Below are positions 58,390-64,000 of a DNA stretch of 64,000 nucleotides, in pieces; the stretch's first letter is position 1, and the number at the start of each line of letters is the position of its first letter. The notes under the pieces are model-generated. The model was not told the origin of the DNA and made no database searches. It saw only the letters and a list, made by a program, of their open reading frames with translations. The translations under genes and the position numbers were made by a program. Origin of the DNA: Leidyana gryllorum EB-2025a (taxonomy: Eukaryota; Protista; Apicomplexa); assembly GCA_048772705.1 (NCBI GenBank), contig JBLWGC010000109.1, positions 1-64,000 on the forward strand, read 5' to 3'.

Positions 58390-60283
58390 TCAGTATGGAG
58401 CTGCGCGCGAGTATGACGAATGTCCTGAAGCCCGACTGGGTGCAGGATAAGCGCCGTGCGGCGCGCGGCCGTTAGGCGGGGGTTGCGAATAGGGGCCGTG
58501 ACGAGGAGAGGGCACACCCCGGCCCGTCTCATAACCGTAGCCTGCTGCAGGCTGACTAGAAGAATAGTAGGCGTAAGGATCAGACTCCGTGGGATAGTGA
58601 CCTGAGGAGAGCGTTAGGCAAAAGTGAGACGAATTGTATGGGGGCTTACTGTAGGGAGGCGGCACGTTGTGACGAGGGGGGCCCGCGGGGCCTTCAGGAG
58701 GGGCAGCATAGTAAGAGGCTGGGGGCGCTGTGGACTGTGTCGCCACATCGCCACCGGCTGCCAGGGCGCCGTAACCGTACGGGTCAGTAGTGTCTTCACG
58801 GGGATGGTAGGCGGCTGCCTGATAGGGCGGGGCAGCCATCATCGCCTCTTGCTGTTGCTGCTCCGCGGGAACGCCCCAGTGCTCCATGGAGGGGAAGGGG
58901 TAGGGAGCGTATTGATCTGCCGAGGCAGCCAGTTGGGGCTCTGCTTGGGGCTTTGTAGGCGCTGCCCATCTGGGCTGAGCGGTGGGAGAAGCCTGACGGC
59001 CTCCTCCGCTCGGGCCACCACTACCGCCGCCACCTCCGCCGGAAATGGCAGGTCTTCTCAACTCGGGACGCGGTTCAGCTTTCTTAGCTTCGACCTACAT
59101 ATATATATATGTATGTGGGTATGTGCTATTGTGAGGCTTACAGTTCTGCCTAAGGTGGGGTGCTGCCCCCAACAAGCCTGAGCATCTTTGTAATTCTCAA
59201 AGACGATAAAGCCGAAGCCACGGGGCCTGTGACTGAGCTTGTCATACATGAGAGTAACATTGCGAATGGGTCCGAATCTGCTGAAGTAGTCTCTGACTCT
59301 GGCTTCTGTGATGTTCTCTGGCAAACCACCGACATAAACCTTTCCGGGTTGTTCGACTGAGTCGTAGGGCAAGGCGCCCCGAGCTTCATCGCGAGGCACA
59401 GCTCTGCGCACCTCACACTGAGAGAGACATGAAGCAATGATAGGAAGGAGGTCGAGTCTAAACTCACTGATACGCCGTCAATATTGTGACGACAAGTCAA
59501 ACACTGATCCACGACATCGTGGGACTCAAATACCACAAACCCGAAACCACGAGAGCGGCCCGAATTGCGGTCAGCGATCACCACTGAGTCGCGGACTTTC
59601 CCGAACCGCGAAAAGTACGCTGATAGGGAGGCTTCCGTACTCTGCTGGCCCAGCCCCCCCACAAATAACTTGGCTGGGTTGTAGGCCTGATCCTCCATCG
59701 CGTTCACTGGCGGTGCCCTGGGCTCAACAGCCCCTCCTGCGGCAGCTGCTGTTGGACTAATAGCTACACAGTCAGAACAACAACCTATCTCACCAGTGCT
59801 GCCACTGCTAAGCTCCGGTGCTGTTGTCTGCGGGGGAGGGTATCCCGCAGTCGAAGTTGTTGAGGATGAAGTCGCTTGGTACGGCGGGGGGAGCCGCCCA
59901 TATATGCTGCTCCCATACTCTGTTGATGATCTCGACGACGAACGGTACTGCTGCTGCCCCATACCGGGCGCGGGCTGCCGTCTGCTGCTGGCTATCGGGC
60001 TGCTGCTGTTGAGCCCCATCGGCGCGGCCGGAGAGGCCTCCGCCGGTGCGGAACTCCCCGAAGAGGAATACGGCTTCTGGTAGGATGGGGGACTCGACGT
60101 GGTCGCCGGAGAACCCCCTGGCGCCGCAGAAGTGGGCCCACCGCCAAACTCACTGCCACCCTCACCACCATGCGCCGAGTGCTGGTGATACCCGTCAGGC
60201 GTCGAAACGCCTTCCTCCTGCTGCTTTGATGCGCGACTGCTGCTGTTCATCGACGTAGAAGAAGAATTCTCAATCGTCTCCAT
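58390..60283 (-). CDS. Two-RRM RNA-binding protein (Musashi/DAZAP1/hnRNP A-like)
   Basis: KLFVGGL..RSRGFGFV and KVYVGGL..RPRGFGFI; Gly/Tyr/Pro-rich C-terminus. Confidence 0.9.
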
Positions 60284-60311
60284 ACCGCATATCCAAATTT
60301 TTTTAACAGCA

Positions 60312-61287
60312 ATGGCTCCAAAAGACCACCTGTGGAGTAAGTCGGCACATTTTTGAGACACAAATTACACATTTCAGTTGGGAATCTGCCTTACGACACC
60401 ACCGAGGAGGATGTTTTTGCCCTATGCACCAGCTTGGGAGCCGTAGCCTCCATTGAGTGAGTACTCTTTTTTAATCACAAAATGCTTCATGCATTTGTGA
60501 ACCCCCCCTCGCTTGTTCTTTGTTTTCGAATGTGCAGTTGATTGCATATGATTGGAAGGATAGTGAGTGATGCGCGCGTGAGATTGCAGTTTGCGATCGC
60601 ACAATTGCATCTTGAACTTGACCGATCGCAAGATGCATAACCCAAGTGCGTGGTGCGAACCTCTAAGTGCTCTTTGTTGCGTCGATCGCTGCAAAGCGGT
60701 GCTTTTGGGTGCAATCTCGGATCTCTAACGATGAGAGTGTGATCGGTCTTGTGGCCTGAGTTGACGTTTTGATTTCACTATGAGTGCACACACTACACTG
60801 TTCGACCGATCGATTACTGCTTGGTAGGGTTCATAAAGATCAGAAGACTGGCCGGTCGATGGGATGGGCGTTTTGCCGGTTCAGAGATCATGATACTTCT
60901 CTGTTGGCGCGAGATCTATTGGATGGCGTAATGTTCGGTGGTCGGCATTTGTCTGTAGAATGGGCAGCCTCGCGTATGACCAACAGTGGTCCAGGCACGG
61001 AGGCGAGTATAAGCGAGGCCGGTCGGCAAACTGATCGGACCGGTCCAACTGACAGATTGGCGTTACAACGCGAGATTGCAACAATGACATTACAAGAGTT
61101 GGGAAACTTGGTAGAAGAGGTGGAGACCACTGTACGGGCTCATTCAGAAATGTTGAGTGAAGTGGTTGCAGGTACTTTACTTTGAATACAGAGGCGTGAT
61201 TGCTGTGGCTTTGCAGGTGACCAAGACGGGTGGAAGGCGTTTCTGAGAGCGAGAGAGACGTTATCGAGCCTTCCACCTGCGCAATAG
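60312..61287 (+). CDS. CSTF2: CstF-64/Rna15-like RRM plus hinge protein, 4 exons
   Basis: Spliced translation MAPKDHLW|IGNLPYDTTEED..ASIE|VHKDQKTGRSMGWAFCRF..GRHLSVEWAA; hinge-like EIATMTLQELGNLVEEV; introns 60337-60377, 60457-60827 and about 61172-61217. Confidence 0.75.
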
Positions 61288-61314
61288 CATGTACATGCAC
61301 CACCAACAAAGCTA

Positions 61315-61543
61315 ATGGCTGTCACAGTGAGCGACATTTTCAAGATCCTGGCGGCAATCTTTCTGCCACCTCTTGGCGTTTTCCTAGAAGTGGGATGGGA
61401 CGCTCAGCTACTTATAAATATCCTTCTGACCTTAGTTGGTTTCTTGCCAGGTAAGAAGAGCGAGTGCTGAGCAACTAAGAGAATTGTGGTTGTGCGCGTG
61501 TGCAGGAGTTATTCACGCGTTGTGCGTGATCATTTCGTATTGA
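61315..61543 (+). CDS. PMP3: PMP3/UPF0057 proteolipid membrane potential modulator (57 aa, below the ORF-track cutoff)
   Basis: ILAAIFLPPLGVFLEVG..LINILLTLVGFLPG|VIHALCVI; intron 61451-61505. Confidence 0.93.
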
Positions 61544-62087
61544 ATTCCGTGTCCGAGGTTGCCGTATGATGCCCGCACCTTAGATTTGTTGTTATCCACC
61601 AAACGAATAGTCGTCAACCCAAATTGTGTGGCAGAAAGTCCCGGGAAAATGGGACAAGCCCATAATCTCTTAATATGCAATTCAATATACTTAATTTCCT
61701 TTTGCGGGTCGGACGACAAAATGGAAAATCACTGGCGGTTTTGTGCCACCTGATTCGCTCGCTACCCTCTACTCGCGCCCTTCATGGCCACCTACATTAA
61801 TCTAATCGTTCATTGACTGACTGACTGACTCACTCTCACCACCTACTGCAAACCTCATCCCGCTAGTGCCTTCTTCATGAGATTCCCCTCCTTCCCAATA
61901 CAGTTTAGGTTGACGATGAGTGTAGGAGCGGACTGACTGACTGACTGATTATCTAGGCGACTGGAGGCAATCCCTTCTAAGACACACAGGAGACGCGTGC
62001 GTGCTGACTTCTGTTGTTGTCTGTTGTTGGTGATTGGAAGATCAATCTTTTTCTTGACTTGGTGGTTCGACATTCATCGTCCGTCCA

Positions 62088-62825
62088 ATGGCTCTGACGA
62101 CTGCTGCTTTACCGCCAACGTGTTGGTTTGTGCGGGACGAAGCAGTGGCTTGGGGATACCCACCACGTAAACGTCGGGGATCAGAGCTTGGGGGTGCCAG
62201 TGTGCCCCCTCGGACTCGTCGTCGCGTAATCGAAGAAGAACCTGTGGCATACCGTTTTTATGAGGATGGCAATTGGGGAACCAGTGATCCAACCCTGCAT
62301 TCCCCACCCTGTTACGATGCGGGGGACCCCGTTGGGGAGGAGACCTGGCCGCCCTTCGGAACCGACCCGCTAACCTGTTTAATGGGACGAGCCGCCGGGA
62401 CGGCTCCCGTGGAGGATACGACTAACTTGAGCCTCGTCGAAAGTGATGAAGAAATCGCGTGCGAAGTTGACGGGGATGACGCAGACGGTGATTGTGATTG
62501 TGATTGTGATTGTGAGTGCGGCTGCGGCTGCGGTGGTGAATGCGAGAGAGACGGCAACAACAAAGAAGAACATTTACATCGCCTTCATTTACGACGAGGC
62601 GTCGACCATCATCAGTTGCTCGATGATCACGATGATGACGCTCCCGTCGAAGAAGATGACGACGATGAGGATGACGAAGAAACGGATGATGGTGTTACCA
62701 CATCCACACCGCGCTCTGGGATGTTTCTGGGGTCTGTGGGATTGCATTCTGTCCCAAGACTGCCTGAGGGACCTGGCCCGCTTCTGCTAAGTGCGTTGTC
62801 TGGCCTGGCCGGCAGCTGCGGCTGA
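62088..62825 (+). CDS. Hypothetical acidic low-complexity protein
   Basis: 245-aa ORF with PPRKRR NLS-like motif, CDCDCDCECGCGC tract and Asp/Glu runs. Confidence 0.5.
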   Translation: MALTTAALPPTCWFVRDEAVAWGYPPRKRRGSELGGASVPPRTRRRVIEEEPVAYRFYEDGNWGTSDPTLHSPPCYDAGDPVGEETWPPFGTDPLTCLMGRAAGTAPVEDTTNLSLVESDEEIACEVDGDDADGDCDCDCDCECGCGCGGECERDGNNKEEHLHRLHLRRGVDHHQLLDDHDDDAPVEEDDDDEDDEETDDGVTTSTPRSGMFLGSVGLHSVPRLPEGPGPLLLSALSGLAGSCG

Positions 62826-63240
62826 AAAGGCAATGCCACAGAAGAACGAACGAACGAACATCAATCATTCAATCATCAATCAATCAGTTTGACTGGCTTT
62901 GTCTATCATCGAGCGTGTGTAACTTGACTCGAGCTCGACAAGAGATGAGAAGAGTGTGCGCGACTGATGGATCGATGTGTGTTGAGCCTAGATACTTAAC
63001 ACAACAACGTGGGGGCAGGTCGAGAGGAACCGGCCATTTTTTGTTGCGTGGGGCTCAAAATACGGTTGCAAGGCGCCCCCCCGACGTGGGAAGCGTACCT
63101 GCCTCTGGAAATGGTAACCTCTATAACAAAGCGTCAATAGCTCGCCAGGATGCTCTGCACTTCTCCGGCTCAGCCGATGCTCCGGTGGGACATTTTCCGA
63201 CTCGGTCCCAAATGAATGGCTCAGCCTCTAGCCGCCGCCT

Positions 63241-64000
63241 ATGCCACCCATTCCCGCCCCGCGGAATCTGAAACTCAGTGAGCCCTCGCTCCACCGCAAA
63301 AAAGCTTCCTCCAGCAACGGCGTTCCCCTCTGGGCATATCAAGGTACATTCTCCACCTTTCCCCGTCCACAAACAAACTATTCAGGTGTCCAGCAGCCGT
63401 GCTCCAACATGGATATCGAAGGCCCCGTAGATATGGAGTCAGTTCGCCTCCCCAAAATTGACCAACCAATCATCGTTCTTCCACAGGTCCGAGGAGGAAG
63501 ACTACACCGAGTCTGCTGATGAAGGTGTTCGAGACTACAGAGTTGGTGGCTATCATCCTGTCAAAGTTGGGTAAGTCCTCAAACCACCGCCACACCGACT
63601 CTATCCGATCGCCGCCCTCACTCAACTCACAGCCGTCTCCCAATCCCTCCGCCACACACTCTCCTCGCCACACACTTTTTCATCGCAGCGATGTCTACAA
63701 CAACTGTTATCGCATTGAAGCCAAACTCGGCTGGGGACATTTCTCGACTGTTTGGCTCGCTACAGACTGGCGGTAAGCACAGTAACCGGTCTCACATGAT
63801 CGTCCCGCTTATACCTCGATCACAGCTACAATCCGCCCAAGTATGTCGCTATAAAGTTCCAAAAGTCCGCCCGACACTACTTTGAGGCTGCCCATGATGA
63901 GATCGAGCTGCTACAAGTCGCTGCACAGCCGCGCTTCGCCGAACGAGAACCAGAAATAGGCCTCGACTCGGATATAGCGGTGAGAGACGTGCGCTACCCC
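63241..64000 (+). CDS. SRPK: SR protein kinase, 5' part (runs off the window)
   Basis: DEGVRDYRVGGYHPVKVG, KLGWGHFSTVWLA, YVAIKFQKSARHYFEAAHDEIELL. Confidence 0.93.

Noticed and set aside
60637-60646. TAACCC in the structured intron as a telomerase RNA template
   Set aside because: Only six nucleotides, without the roughly 1.5-repeat permutation a template needs
61810-61950. (GACT)n tracts and other short microsatellites (AAC at 24934, GGT at 41994, GAAC at 62844)
   Set aside because: Ordinary simple repeats in UTR or intergenic DNA with no further structure
1-64000. Non-standard genetic code or frameshifting to explain fragmented ORFs
   Set aside because: Breaks in the conserved genes I modelled are explained by canonical GT-AG introns that restore the frame

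Overview
Eukaryotic, very gene-dense DNA with many short GT-AG introns (mostly about 40-55 nt) and very short intergenic spacers. An ApiAP2 transcription factor and a divergent ubiquitin-like/eS31 fusion point to an apicomplexan, probably a compact gregarine-type genome (inference). About 40 genes can be modelled. Conserved genes include RPSA, RPL7, RPS27A, RPS21, MAK16, POMP/UMP1, CIAO1, DGAT2, RER1, DOHH, DDX27, an SLC37-type MFS transporter, an SLC35F6-like transporter, CCDC47, a CstF-64-like protein, PMP3, SRPK, a giant Sfi1-like protein, a RAD51 paralog and a Kelch protein. These alternate with intron-poor blocks of unrecognised genes, several of them secreted. The most striking item is a small secreted ORF (37315-37779, minus) built like an animal neuropeptide precursor, with six xxxGWRND-GRR units and synonymous codon variation between copies. 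Next to it is a second tiny secreted ORF containing WTPRL-G, which resembles the pyrokinin FXPRL-amide motif. Other leads are three unusually long introns (a structured-RNA and poison-exon candidate in the CstF-64-like gene, a C/D snoRNA candidate in an FKBP gene, and a repeat-containing RPSA intron), a duplicated terminal exon, and XRCC4-like and SLBP-like proteins. No tRNA, rRNA, CRISPR array or transposon was recognised. All gene models and family calls were made by eye without database searches, so splice sites and some starts are approximate.
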